A stretch of DNA of 64,000 bases from Eledone cirrhosa (GCA_964016885.1 OZ024746.1:69192001-69256000), one strand, 5' to 3'. Shown: positions 11,531 to 24,399, numbered from the stretch's first letter. Program-made: numbers and translations. Notes: a model not told the origin generated them from the letters alone.

Positions 11531-11899
11531 GAATAGGTTCTTCAAAGAACTACCACTACAAATACTGAGTGCTTTGCTTCAGTGAATATAGGTATTAGAC
11601 TTAATTCAACAGCCAATTTAACACTTTCAGTAGTAGAAGCCATGCTGTTGCAAGCATTCAGACCAGGTCTTAGGTTCAAAGATAACTGCTTGCCACCTAT
11701 CATGGGTATTTTTCTACCCTCCTTGAATAAGCGCAAACACGCACGCGCACACAACTAACCATCCAATAAAAAAAAACACAATTCTAAACAAATATATGAG
11801 TTTAAAGGATTTAGGAAATTTGACAGGAAACATTTTGCTGAAAACAAAACCAAATTTTAAAATAGATTCTTACAAGCAAACAAAGAAGCTTCAATGTGA

Positions 11900-12082
11900 T
11901 TTTTCAGCCTGCTAGAAATAGCAGCCCAACCTTTCTCAAACAGCATCTTATATGAAAGAACATGTTGAATAATGTAGTCCTACATGCATTATAATCTGAT
12001 AAAATGATGAGATGTTCATGGCTGGACTGCTTTGATTAAAGATCTGCTTTATCAAGACTGACCTGGGGTTAAACAACAACAA
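11900..12082 (+). mobile_element. Family B SINE
   Basis: CTGCTAGAAATAGCAGCC ... AATAATGTAGTCCTA ... GACCTGGGGTTAAACAACAACAA. Many further copies occur across 6-37 kb. Confidence 0.8.
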
Positions 12083-12340
12083 ATATATGTTGAAACATGT
12101 AAATAAATACACAAAAGTATGTATGTATTAATTACTTGATTAAATTTATAAACAGAGCTACAATTATCACTACATCATCACTATCATCATCATCATCATC
12201 ACCAATGTTTTATGTTCATGTTTCATGCTGGTATGGGTTGGATGGGTTATCATGTTCTAAGATTATACAGGTCAGATAACTATGTCTTTCTCATTTATGT
12301 ATATGATTACTATAGCTAGATGCCCTCCCCAAAGACAACC

Positions 12341-12690
12341 ACTTTACAGTCTGTGCTAGGTGTGTTTTATCATGGCACCAACACTACCACTTTACAAAAT
12401 GGGCTGGGTGCATTATATTGTGATACCAGCACTACCACTTAACAGAATGGGCTGGGTGCATTTTACTGTGACACCAATACTACCTCATTGCAGAGTGAGC
12501 TAGGTGTATTTTATTGACATCAAAACTACCTCTTTACAGGTGCATTCTATTGTGGTACTAGCATACCTCATTACAGAGTGAGCTGGGGCATTTCATTGAC
12601 ACCAGCACCACCAGTTTACAGAGTGGGTGGATGCATTTTATCACAGTACAAGCACAACTGAGTGTAGTGGGTGCATTTAAGTGTGACATT
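12341..12690. repeat. 48-bp minisatellite (about 8 diverged units) inside a family C element
   Basis: Approximate unit ACTTTACAGAGTGGGCTGGGTGCATTTTATCGTGGCACCAGCACTACC. Units start at 12341, 12389, 12437, 12485, 12531, 12568 and 12613. Confidence 0.85.
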
Positions 12691-14715
12691 AATACAAGGG
12701 CAATTGTTTTGTCCTTAGCAAGATAGGTGATAACAATGCGGACATGGCAAAAAAAGTACTGACAAAGCGGTGGCAGCTGAAGTGAGGGTGAGGGAGAGCT
12801 AACAATCTGGGAGTGAAAGAGAATGAGAGAAGTGCTGGGTCATGGAGGTTGTTGTGGCCTGAGCAGACCATCACTCAGAGAGAGAGAGAGTGAGTAGGTG
12901 TTGTGTTATGAAGGTTGTTGTGACCTGAACAGACCATCACTCAGGGGGGGAAAGAAAAAAAGGTGGGGAGTAGGTGTTATGTGGTGGACCAAAGGCAACA
13001 GGGAAAGGGTGAGTGGCTGGTCCATAAGATAGAAAGGATCTGATGGATATGAATGGAGGTAAGTTCAAGATGGGAGAAGGGAGTAGGGTAGGTCATATAC
13101 TCTATGTATATATTGGATTTAGAACATGTGGGTTGAATGTATCTATACAAGAATACAGTTATGGTTGTATGTATGTGTGTAGTAGTAGTATGTTTGTGAT
13201 AGTAATCTTTGTACAAGTTGGTATTAACTGAAATAAAGGGTCAAGAAAGGTGGCAATGTGTCAAAAGTAAAAAAAATTTTGAATGACTTTTTTAATTGTA
13301 TTTTCGGGAAAATAAAGAGTCATCAATATGTACAGAAACTCATCCCCGTTTGTGTTGGTATTCAGGTTGTCAAGGAAGAATTTATGTAGGTAAACTAATA
13401 TGTGTTCAGTGCTTCTCCATATCTCTGTTGAATTCTCAACTGTTTTTGAAGTCAAGGAATCTTTACTTGATTTCTTTTGATTAATACAGAAGGTTCCACT
13501 CCTGTTTTATGGTTCACTGGTTAGATGGCTAGTCAACTGTAAAAAGATAATTTTTCCTACAAAAACTACCATGCAACTATGATTTGGTCATCTACACATT
13601 CAGTTGTTGTTGATGCTGATGATTTATTTGCTGATGAAAAAGAATCTTGGTTGATAAAGATATTCCAATTGTGACCATCCCAAATACTGTAATTTCAGAC
13701 TTAGTATATCTAGAATTCTATTATCTACCCATGTTAGAGTGAAAAATGGACATTAAACAATGGTGGTGGTGGTGATGAATGTGCCCATCCCTTTTTTAGA
13801 GGTGATTTTTAGAGACCACATGTTAACTTCCTCCTTCATTCATAAATTTTCAGTTTTATTGTATTCAGAGATTAAATATTTTACAAGATTCCAACAACTG
13901 AATATCTAGTGTCATCAATGCTCTTTCTGTGTTAATTGACTTCATAAAAATGTTTTAAAATTTACTTCCTTTGACATCTCTCTAGACATGTACCCTTTAA
14001 GTAGATGATAGCATGTCTTTACATTCCCAACAACCCTAAATATGCTAAATACCCAGATTACAAGTGGATTTCAATTCATACTCATCATAATTAGTTTTAC
14101 ATCCCACTTTCTAGCATGGGTTGGACAAGACTTTCTGAGTCATTTTTTTCTTTGGTTAGATATCTTTCCTGATGCCAACCCATACTGTATTTCCAAGTAT
14201 GGGATATACCACTGAAATTCATTGAATTGCTAAACTGCAAGATGTATTATTTATTTATAAGGGACATAAACAAATGTTACTACTTGTTTTTTTGGTTGGC
14301 CAGAGCCTATAGGAGCCACACATTAGGATCAAACTCAAACCATGTGATTGTGAAGTAAACCTCTTAACCACAGCCATGTCTGCACCTATCATAAAAATGT
14401 TTAAGGCAAAATATTGCAGTAAACACCATCAAATCAAACTGGTTAAACCTAACCTAGCTAGTATGCTATAACAATAAGAAAGCAAATATGACCAACAACA
14501 AAGAAGACAGCAGTGTATTGTATGTGTGTACTTACATACACAGTAAAGTAATTCCTAAGTATTACAACAGCCAACAATGGGAAGGTTAAGTACATAAAGT
14601 ATTTTAGTCTTACTTTAGTCAACAAAATTGGAATATAAATACCAAGGTGGAGAAGAAGCTTAGTAGAAATCAAAGTTAAAATCTGTCTCAAACCAAGAGA
14701 CTCATAAGGCTGTTG

Positions 14716-14908
14716 TTTAGCATTTAAACCGGCTGCATCTGGCCAGAATTCTCTCACCTCATTCTGTTCAAACCGGCTGTAACTGGTACTCAATGATGTT
14801 AAGGTATTGTTCTCAAAATAAATAATATCAAAATCTCAGATTCGATATTATGTGAGGTAATAAAGCCTTTACCATGAAAATACAATAGTAAATATAGAGT
14901 AATGTAAA
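14716..14908 (+). mobile_element. piggyBac-like MITE, partial copy
   Basis: TTTAGCATTTAAACCGGCTG...GTTAAGGTATTGTTCTCAAAATAAATAA is the reverse complement of the copies at 16522 and 21676. Confidence 0.7.
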
Positions 14909-16521
14909 TACGAAAAGGATAACCTAATCTCATGAAGCATTAGACAACTGAGAATCCATAAGAAAGACTACAACTTAGCTGAGACTAAAACTAGATGAAA
15001 ATTAAGCAATGAGGGAACCCCAGGCAGTTGTTTGACTGTCAAGAAATAGCAGTTTTATTTTTTCAAACCACACTGTATTATCTTAGAAATAAGATGGATA
15101 CATAGGAGAATATGGTCTTAGGTGAACTGAGCCCTAGAAAGGAAAAAGAAAAAATCTTCACAGTCGTGCACTGATCAGTGTCAAGAGGAAGCTTAACAAC
15201 AACAACTGACAAGCAATTAGTTTATAGTACTGAGATCAAATTCTAGTCAAGGCTATTCTAGTCAAGGCTATTCTAGTTCTTAATAAAAATAAAAATTAAT
15301 AAAGTTATAAAAAAAAAAGAAGAAACAACTAAAAACAGTTGGTAGTGATCAAGCATAGCTCCAGTTCACTGAAACTAGTGGAAGAGTTCTTTGCAGTTTC
15401 CCAACAAGGAAAGAAAAATAATTAATTATTCTAGTAAGAAATAATTAATTCTGCGGCAACCCTTATCAAAAGGTTCCTAATAAAAGCTATTTTGCCTTGA
15501 ACTAAAACTAAAATACAATTTAGCTACTTTCTTTTTATTTTTTGATCAATTCTCATTTTACGTTGGAATGTTATTTATGTGTTCATACAAAAAAGCCTGC
15601 CTTTACTATTACACAAGTTATTTTTTGTTCTAATTTGTTGCTAAACACATAATAGAAGGTCAACCAACAGCTAAAAACAAGTCTCTTGCATTATTCAAGA
15701 TATAAAAAAACATATTTTAAAAATGATAAAACTTCAACCACCGACAACAGTTTCTCATCAAGAATAGAATTGTCTTTATTATTCCAGACAGAGAAGTAAA
15801 GTTATATTTTATAACATATCTAATCTTAGCTTATTTTGCTTTGCTTTCTATGCAATCTTACAGTTCAACAAACTGCTAATACAACACACTAGTTCACTTA
15901 TAGCTATATATCTAACAACCACACTTGTTAGCATGTTTTTCTTTCTATCTCTAGTCTATTACTGCTCATCTGCTCAAATTTTTCTTCATTGAAAATGTGG
16001 AAAATCAGATAAAATTATGATTAAAGAAGGGTGTTAAAGAAAAAATGTTTTAAAAGAGCTTACTTTCATTGCTAAATGGTTCTTTTTGAGTTGTTCTTGA
16101 AGCAATTATTGTAAAATTTATGGAAGCAGCCAGTTAAAGAAGGTATACTTATCAATGTCATTACCACCATCATTAATTTAACACCAATATTTCTGTTTTT
16201 CTCTGAAGTCTATATTACAGCATCTTTCCAAATTTGTAAATCACTTTATTGTATTTATAAAACCCAACTTTCTAAAGAATTAATTTAACTACATAAATCC
16301 AACTATTCTTTGTTCTTTCCTTTCTATCAAATACTTCCCTGCTACCAATTCATAGTACTATAATGGTGCCTCAACATGGCCATTCTTGTTAATCATAGCA
16401 AACAAATTTTCCTCCAAATTGCACCATACTGTCATATAAAAAGGAAGGAGACATCGGATAATACAGTTCTTTACAAAACAAGAACAAAAATGAAGATTGG
16501 TCATAGCTGGAATGCCTCTAA

Positions 16522-16727
16522 CCCTTTACCATTCATATTACTCTTATATTTCCATGGTAAACACTTTATCTCTCATAATTATCTCACATAATATTGAATG
16601 AGATTTTGATATTATTTATTTTGAGAACAATACCTTAACATAAGTACGAGCAGCTGGTTATGGACAGTTTGAAGAGAAAAAGGTGAGATAATTCTGGTCA
16701 GATATAGCCAGTTTAAATGCTAAGGGG
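16522..16727 (-). mobile_element. piggyBac-like MITE nested in a family B SINE
   Basis: Ends CCCTTTACCATT ... AATGCTAAGGGG are flanked by CTAA and TTAA (TTAA-type target site). The element interrupts the family B motif GCTGGAATGCCT...CATAAGT. Confidence 0.75.
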
Positions 16728-16924
16728 TTAAACCATAAGTTAGCAGATCTAGTCAGAAGAAATATTTTTTGTACACTTTGACTGATATCCAGTCTTACTT
16801 GAAAAAACCTCTATTGCTTATATTGACATTACATTACATATCTTATTCAGTAGATTAGTCAACTTATTTTAATCTAGCTAGTTAAGTTCTATATTTATCG
16901 ACCATGTATCTCTTATCGAGGTGC

Positions 16925-17125
16925 ATGGCTTGTAATCGCAAAGTTATGATTTCAATTCTAGAACCAAGTACCACATTGTGTCCTTAAGCAAGAAACTTTA
17001 CTTCAGGTTGTTCCAGTCCACTCAGTTGAAAAAAACCAAGTTGTACCTGTAATTCAAGGGGCCAGCCTTGTCACATATTGTATCACATTGAATCTCCCTG
17101 AGAACTATGTTAAGAGGGCACGTGC
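16925..17125 (+). mobile_element. tRNA-derived SINE, V-SINE-like (family D)
   Basis: Decayed tRNA head followed by TTGTGTCCTTAAGCAAGAAACTTTACTTCAGGTTGTTCCAGTCCACTCAG. A related inverted copy lies at 23230-23505. Confidence 0.55.
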
Positions 17126-17980
17126 TGTTGACTGAATCAAATGGAGTACTTATCGTCGGAAACGATGGACAGCCTCCATCATTTATCATACTTGACAGAA
17201 ATCATTACACACAATCTACACTATTGAACGATATGTTTATCCACTGTGTCAATGTGGTCTTTCATCTTTCTTTTTCAAATTTCAAAGATTGTAAGGAGAC
17301 TTGTCTGGAGGAAGCAACAATGTGGAGTTTGCCTGTAGTCTCAGAGTAGGTAAAGTGCCCATTTCTTGGAACATTCTTGCAGTCTGACAGTTCTTAAATT
17401 TTTATGAAACCTAGATATTTTCTTCGGTACCTCAAACAAGAGCCACTACATGATTGCAAGACCTATTAGGAATAGCATTCAAATTTCCTTAAATCATACC
17501 CTACAGTCTAAAAAAAAAAAAGGACACAATAGAGAATGTAGTCAGTAATAACCAACAAATCAGGAGAGACATATCAGGAGGGGAGCATCTTTGATCAGAG
17601 ATCTGCTGTCAGAGTTAGCCTGGCACTAAACAACAACTTCATTCATTCATTCTTATTTGTGTTTATAGATATTCATATCAGTTATTATCTGTATGTATAC
17701 CAAATACTGTTCATTACTTATTATCATACAATCTCTCCTTTCAAGATCTGTTATCTGCTCTCAGTGAGCTTCTGTCTATTGTCTAATTCATAGCTAACAT
17801 ATACAGTAAACACCTTCATATACCCAAATAAGTACTACTAGACAAGCTCAACTTTACTTAACTTCAATGATCAAATAAGCATAACAATGAAGCCCCAACA
17901 AGATAATATGAGAAATAGGGAGTCAAATCTCTTTCTTGCCTACAACACTATTGGCTTTTAAAACAAAGGACATATTAGAT

Positions 17981-18160
17981 AATTGTTTCTACTTTTGGCA
18001 CAAGGCCAGCAATTATCCCAGTGCATCACTGGTACTTTATTTTATCAACCCCGTAAGGATGAAAGGCAAAGTTAACCTCGGCGGGATTTGAACTCAGACC
18101 ATAAAGGGCCGTAACTCTTTGCTGCAAAGCATGGCGCCCGACCTTCTACTGATACTGCCA
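17981..18160 (-). mobile_element. Full-length family A SINE inserted into a family B SINE
   Basis: Reverse complement reads TGGCAGTATCAGTAG (A box), GAGTTCAAATCC (B box), core and tail. The flanks GGACATATTAGAT and TAATGTAGCCCTAG are contiguous in family B. Confidence 0.85.
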
Positions 18161-18344
18161 ATGCACTAATGTAGCCCTAGAGATTATACTACACCTGAAA
18201 AAAGACAGGATGGTCATGGCTCGAATGTCTTTACTGATAGGACTGCTCCATCGGGACAGAGCTGGGGCCTAACAACAACAACAACAACAACCTGTTTAGA
18301 TTGTGTTATACATGAGATCTATATTGATGTTAGAATGCTTTGGG

Positions 18345-18500
18345 AAAATGCCAGCACATTTCCAAACTTGACATGTGCAAACAATCTAGATCTTGCAGGT
18401 GAGCAATGATTGGCATGAATAGACTGTTTAATCAACTTTTACTGAGCTGGACAGACTGGACTTCACATCAACACTACATAAACATTGTTCCTGTTTGTAT
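18345..18500 (+). pseudogene. Highly decayed non-LTR reverse transcriptase fragment (YADD region)
   Basis: Translation LTCANNLDLAGEQ*..GQTGLHINTT*T resembles LxYADDLxL...GLxINxxKT. Confidence 0.45.
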
Positions 18501-18602
18501 GTGAATTGGTGACAGTCTCCTCAAAGTAATGGTCAGTTTTATTAGTTTATTTTTTAATTATTTTTATATAAGCAGCAAAAAATAAATTGGCCAAGTCTAT
18601 CT

Positions 18603-18832
18603 CTCGAGCCTGGTTCTTCAGGCTAGTGTTTATCCCAGTTTCTGTGGCATTAAGCGACTGAGAGTACAAGATTCCTTCTCAACAGGATGCCAGTTTACGT
18701 GGAGCTTAACCCCAGCTATTGCTTGGAGTAACGTGAAATGAAGTCTTTTGCTCAAGAGCATAACACACAACCCAGTCCTGGATCAAACCTACAACATTAT
18801 GATCATAAGTCCAACACTTACCACTAGGCCAC
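18603..18832 (-). mobile_element. V-SINE-like element
   Basis: CTCGAGCCTG..CAGTTTCTGTGGCATTAAGCGACTGAGAGTAC..TTGCTCAAG..ACCACTAGGCCAC. A second copy lies at about 54887-55040. Confidence 0.6.
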
Positions 18833-20829
18833 ACACATTCACTATAGCTGTTAAAGCATCAGTGTTTATTTAGGCGCTCTATGAAGACTTGTCCACATGG
18901 AAAGTGGACATTAAATGATAATGATGATAGTAGGTTATTACTTGACCAAAGGGAGGTTATCTGGTCATCTAATAAACTTACATGGCTATTCCAGTGATGA
19001 GGGCCTGAATGGTATGGGAAACATTCTCTTGTGTGTGGGAGCCTATATGCAGGCTGCCTCATATTGAACCCAAAAGAATGAAAAGCAGAGTTGGCTACAT
19101 AAAGACCATAGAGTGTGATATGAGTCAACACTGAAGCAAGGCTACTGACCTCCCAGACAGGTTGGGGTTTTGCATCTCGTTTACATAAGATTTCACATTC
19201 TATAAGTGAATTTTATTGTGGCAACCAGCTCTAGAGAGATTGCCATATCTTTGTCACAACTGGAGAGTCCTCCCAAGCCTTTGTTTGGCAAGCCTTCTAT
19301 GGCTGGTTGCTATTCCTATCACCAACAATGTGTACTGGGTATGTAGATCACCAACACTAGTGAGATTGTCATGTCCTTGACAAAACTGAAGAGTCCTCCC
19401 AATCTTTAGAGATTATGAGCTTTTGCTTCTGCCTGATAAATTTCCTACAGAATATATATTGAACAACAAAAATATTGTATTCACAAGTGAATCCAACCAC
19501 ACCTTTGCAAATATGCATTTGAAGTCAATAACAAAGTATATAAGTCAATGCTAAAAAGGAAGGTCAAATTACCCCTCATATCACACTCTATGGTCTTTAG
19601 AAAATGAAGGTCACACTGGATAATGTAACCCTAGATACACTAAGTTAAAAAATAAAAAGAAAAGAAAACCTGAAAATCAAACAAAAAACAGGATGAACTC
19701 ACAGCTGGAATGCCTATGTTCATGGGACTGCTTGACTCAAGGCTAAATAACAACATATGCCGTGTCTTTTTTTGTAAACAAGTTTCATAGCTGCTAAACA
19801 TTTATTTATTCATGTGTGTATCCTGGTTTTTAGAATGGATTTGTAAGAGGCAGCTTAAAGGGTTGGTATCAGGAAGTGTATCTGATTCAGGCAGTAAAGT
19901 ACTGCCTCAAAAAGTTCCATCCAACCCATGTTTACATGATGGCTATGGGGACCCACCAGAGTGAAATTGGAATCAAGAGAGTCCATAGGTAAATAAAGGT
20001 TGAGTACCACTGCCTTAAATCATACCCCTACTATCTTAAAAATGATGAATTTGGTTTTAGATGCATTATTATACCTTTAAAACGGATAAAATGGCGAGGG
20101 TCAAAATGCCTCTGCCCTAAGGCTAAACATTTATTAATACAAACAATACAATAGTTTTAACTAAATGTTTAACACTTATAATTCTATGAGATTGATACAA
20201 TGGCCTTAATAACAGCCAAAAATACTATAGAACCAATATATTGGCATTTTTCTTGATAGTGAGCTCTAAATGATCTATAGTGGACCTTATTTATGAAAGT
20301 TTTCTGCCAGATATTTGGTTTATTTCGCATTTTCGTTTAGTGATTTCTGAGTTTTATGAGAGGATGAGTAACACGGATGATAGTTGTAATAGTGATCATG
20401 ATACTGACAATCCTGGTTACTTATTTTTGACATAATTATCAGCCAGAAATTGGACAGTTTTAAAAGTCAAGATGATTTTGGTGGATGGTTAAAACCTGCA
20501 AAAAGTTAAAAATTTATTGTTTGTCCAGATGTTCATTAGAATGCTGCAAATAAGCTAATTAGCATAAGTCGTTAAATTTTAACTGGTTCTGTGGGTCACA
20601 ATGTGCTACTCCATTTACAAATTTTACAAAAATCTGATTCATAGCATAGTGTTTTTCAGGTATTTTTATTCTATAAGTCTTTTTGACTAAAAATACTAGA
20701 CCATAACAGTAACAAAAGTAGTTAAAGTTAAATTGTGATAAATTAAGTGTAATAGAAAAGAAAATGATTTAATTTTTATGCAAACAATCAAATCATTGCA
20801 AAACTTTCTGCTGTTTGTTGCTTGAAAGA

Positions 20830-21325
20830 TCCATAACGTTGAGTTTCAGATTTGTTAATATCAAATAACGACATTATCCAAATGAGGATCAGTTAATTTT
20901 GCTCTCAAAATAATTATGTTAGCCTTTTTTTTTTTTAGGCATAACTAGGTCCCTACTTGGATAAATATATTTTCTACAGAAGTCAAGAACTGACTCCTCT
21001 TCAAAATATAATTTTCATCGCAATATGCTGCCATATTGCATTTCATTCAATTCCATTTGATAATGCTTTGATGCAGTATCCTTTTTTAAATCAAATGGAA
21101 TAGCAAACAACTTGAACTCATTTATTCGCATGCAAGTGAAAATCAGCAAAAAGAATATAAGAAAACTGTTTTCTTCAGTCCTAGATCATATTCACAAATG
21201 TGACTGGATTTTATGTCTTTTGAAAAGTAGGATTTCCTTTTTGAAGCTAGTATTTCTACAATCAGAGCATTCTTTCAAATTCAACAATGACAAGAAATGT
21301 CTGATATTGTCCTTGAAGTTGTAAA
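20830..21325 (-). pseudogene. Decayed hAT (SPIN/Charlie/GTF2IRD2-like) transposase C-terminal part
   Basis: Manual minus-strand translations LQLQGQ..ML*L*KY*LQKGN, EFKLFAIPFDLKKDTASKHYQMELNEMQYGSILR and LRAKLTDPHL match the motifs LQG..KLxLW..QL..GN, LFxxPF..LQMELIELQ and RSRLTDxHL. Multiple stops. Confidence 0.7.
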
Positions 21326-21675
21326 CTCAAGTTATTCAACCCTTTCCTGGCAACACCTCTAATTAATTAATAAAGAATTTTGAGAGATTTACTGAAATTA
21401 TTGAATATTTCATTACTAAGATAACAATTTAACATCTGGTTCTTATATAAATTATGCTGGAAGATTTTAATTTAAACAGGAACCATTAAAAAAGGTGGGT
21501 TTGTTCAATAAAATCAGGGAAAGTTTTGAGAAGGTTGGTATGAAAATGTGAAGAATTCACATGAATGTCAAGGAATACTGCAACCTCTTCATACAATCCT
21601 TCATTCGTTGAGCCTTCAACTCCTATCAGAATTATAGGGGCATTGAAACATGCCAGAGCCCATCCCTATCCAGAT

Positions 21676-21870
21676 CTAACATTACTCTATATATACTATT
21701 GTATTTTCGCGGTAAAGGCTTTATCCTACATAATATCGAATCTATGAGATTTTGATGTTATTTATTTTGAGAACAATACCTTAACATTAGTATGAGTAGG
21801 TTATGACCGGTTTGAACAGAAAGAGGTGAGAGAATTCTGGTCGGATACAGCTGGTTCAAATGCTAAAGGG
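21676..21870 (-). mobile_element. piggyBac-like MITE copy
   Basis: Same body as 16522-16727; ends AATGCTAAAGGG followed by TTAA (21871-21874). Confidence 0.75.
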
Positions 21871-22319
21871 TTAATTAGTTAACTATTAATGCAGACTAGA
21901 ATGTCTGCTTCCAGGAAGAACTGCAGCAAGAGTTACTGTTTAAGCAGAGTTCTTTTTACATCAGTATCAGTAAGAGTGTGATGTAGTAGTTCTTCCTTAA
22001 AATAAACAATATCTGTATTCTGTTAAAGTGAAATGTTATAAAATCCAGTGGAGGTTCTCATTGATCAAAAAATTGAATGTATGGCAAATGCTGTTGATGC
22101 ACAGGGAAAACAAGTTGTGACTTCCACATAAACAAACAGATTCTTGACAATGGAGATTCAGAGAATATATGTCATGTAAGGACACTAAGATTCATAAAGG
22201 TGGAGAGCTGTAAGCCAGTTATAAATATAAGTTATTGTTTAATGCCAAATCAACCTAATCCAGCAAACATGATCAAAATCATACCAGCTGTAACCACCCT
22301 GTATTTTATTTAGGCATTG

Positions 22320-22715
22320 TAAAGAGTAAGGTCTCTTCAGCTGTGTCAAAGACATGACAATCCTCTTATTGTTGGTGATTTACACAATAAACATATCCAG
22401 GTGGCTGGTGATAGGAAGAGCATCCAGCTGTATATAACCTGCTAAACAAAGGGTTGGGTGGAATTTTCAGCTGTGTCAAAAACATGACAACTTTCCTAGT
22501 GTTGGTGCCATGATAAAATGCATACAGTAGTGTAGGAACATCTTGTAAGCAAGACGCAGGACCCTGGCCCACTTAAGCACCTGGTTAAGTGCAAGAGCAT
22601 AAGTAAGATGGAGGTCTCGGCCATCTGAGAGGTCAGTAGCTCCATTTCAGTGGCAACTTGGTCTGTGACAACCTATCCAACCGTTGCTAGCAGGGAAAAC
22701 ATGTTATGATGATGG
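22320..22715 (+). mobile_element. Family C repeat
   Basis: Two CAGCTGTGTCAAA modules, GGAAGAGCATCCAGCTGTA, and the tail GCTAGCAGGGAAAACATGTTATGATGATG. Confidence 0.65.
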
Positions 22716-23118
22716 TGAGATTTGTACTTGGACTATACTATGCAATGTGTCCTTTGAGAGAGATTTGACTACTATTTCTTTAGCCTATCTGATTGACCAC
22801 ATATTATCCACTTCATTAGGTTGTATAGATCTAAATGATAATTTCTGGAGTTAATCACTAATAAAGAGGTATAATTTAGGGTAGCCAAGAGCTGTACATG
22901 CCAAATTGATTTATTGGAATAGTATGCAATAAGCAGACTATTAGAGTAAAATCTTTATAAACTGATTGAAATTTAGTGTAAGTAGAGATGCATAAATGAT
23001 GATATGAACAGGCTTAAATTTTACAGTGTTTAATATAATTTTTTTTCATATTGTTTACAAGAATTGTTCATTTTCCAATATATGGACACATGCATGGAGG
23101 TGTTGTTAAGATGTTTAC

Positions 23119-23209
23119 TTTGCGTCTATGAAATTCAATCTCCACTAAGCAAAGTATATTCCACAAGAACGTTTTGAGTTGGATTTGTAGAAGTAAACTA
23201 TGTGGAAGC
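23119..23209 (-). other. Candidate 91-nt exon (coding or UTR)
   Basis: Acceptor CTCTCTCTCTCTAACAG and donor AAA|GTAAAC, located at the CpG transition. One frame is open (LPHSLLLQIQLKTFLWNILCLVEIEFHRRK). Confidence 0.3.
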
Positions 23210-23229
23210 CTGTTAGAGAGAGAGAGTAT

Positions 23230-23505
23230 CTCGATGAGTGTTTGAGCTGTTTGAAGAACAGAACAGTCGGTTCGTGGAATTAAAGTGAAAATAGCTGAGC
23301 ATTCCACGGATACGTCGTAGTTCTCAGAGAGAGTCAACGTGACACTGTATGTACAAAGCTTTCAATTACAGATACAAGTCATGTTTGCCAGTTGAGTTGA
23401 CTGAAAGCAACATGAATAAAGGGTGCTGAGTGACATAATGCGCTTCCCGTCCAGGAATCGAACTCACGATCATACGAACGTAAGCCGTGCACCCTAACCA
23501 CTAAA
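23230..23505 (-). mobile_element. Family D SINE with tRNA-like head
   Basis: Reverse complement head TTAGTGGTTAGGGTGC..GTGAGTTCGATTCCTGG (A and B boxes). Body matches 16925-17125. Confidence 0.6.
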
Positions 23506-23792
23506 TCCGTCGCACGCTTTAACACTACCAACGTTCACTTTGTGACAAGCAGTCAGGCCAGATCTCCGATTTGAGGACGACTCTAAAAACAAGGGTGTTA
23601 CTCGCCCTCTTCTAAGCTATGAAAATAAGAATTGGAAAAATAAAAGCTTTGAACATTGCACACACAGCAAGGTTACACACACTTTTAGCACCATAAGGAC
23701 GTGCATAAAAGTTTGCGTAGAAATCAATGCTGTATTATTATGATATGAACTAATATTACAAACGAGGAAATAATAAAACGTGTATGGACGGA

Positions 23793-23939
23793 CATGGCGA
23801 TACGCTTAAAAAGTTCGCCTCACAACCACGTGGTTCGGGGATCATTCCTAATGCGCAGTACATAAAGCAAGTATTTTCTATCATAGACACGGCTTTGACA
23901 AATGCCTTTTGAATGGAATCTGCCCGGCAACAAATCGTG

Positions 23940-23980
<41 letters not shown>

Positions 23981-24125
23981 ACACGTGTTTGTGTTAGTTG
24001 GTAAATTGTAGAGCGATAAAAAGAAATAGACAGGAAACTGAGGTGGTTATGATTGACTACCCCCCCCCCCCCCGAGATGTCATATAACATAGCCAGTCCA
24101 ACAGCGACTGAAACTAGTGAAAAGG
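23793..24125 (+). mobile_element. CORE-like tRNA SINE with internal (TA)n
   Basis: TGGCG..AAGTTCGCCTCACAACCACGTGGTTCGGGGATCATTCC..GCAAGTATTTTCTA, then a microsatellite and the tail GACTGAAACTAGTGAAAAG. Confidence 0.55.
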
Positions 24126-24136
24126 ACGGCATCTCA

Positions 24137-24362
24137 CCGAGGTTAACTTTGCCTTTCATCCTTATGGAGTCGATAAAATAAAGTACCAGTAATACACTGA
24201 AAAAATGCTGGCCTTGTTCCAAAAGTAGAAACAATTATATATTTTGCCGCCGAGGTTAACTTTGCTTTTCATCCTTACGGGGGTCGATAAAATAAAGTAC
24301 CAGTAATGTACTGAGTAATTGCTGGCCTTGTGTCAAAAGTAGAAACAATTATATATTTTGCC
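24137..24362 (+). repeat. Tandem duplication (113-bp period) of a 5'-truncated family A SINE
   Basis: Both copies begin CCGAGGTTAACTTTGC and end AAAAGTAGAAACAATTATATATTTTGCC. Confidence 0.9.
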
Positions 24363-24399
24363 ATGGATTTAATAACAACATTACGTAACAGAAGAGCTT

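Noticed and set aside
12341-12690. CRISPR-like repeat-spacer array
   Set aside because: Units are similar along their whole length with no unique spacers, there are no cas genes, and the context is eukaryotic.
14458-14793. 111-aa hydrophobic ORF
   Set aside because: It starts inside a piggyBac-like MITE, its hydrophobicity reflects T-rich composition, and no domain is recognisable.
23440-23505. tRNA gene
   Set aside because: A and B boxes are present, but there is no closed cloverleaf or acceptor stem and the sequence continues into a SINE body. The same applies at 1485 and 18160.
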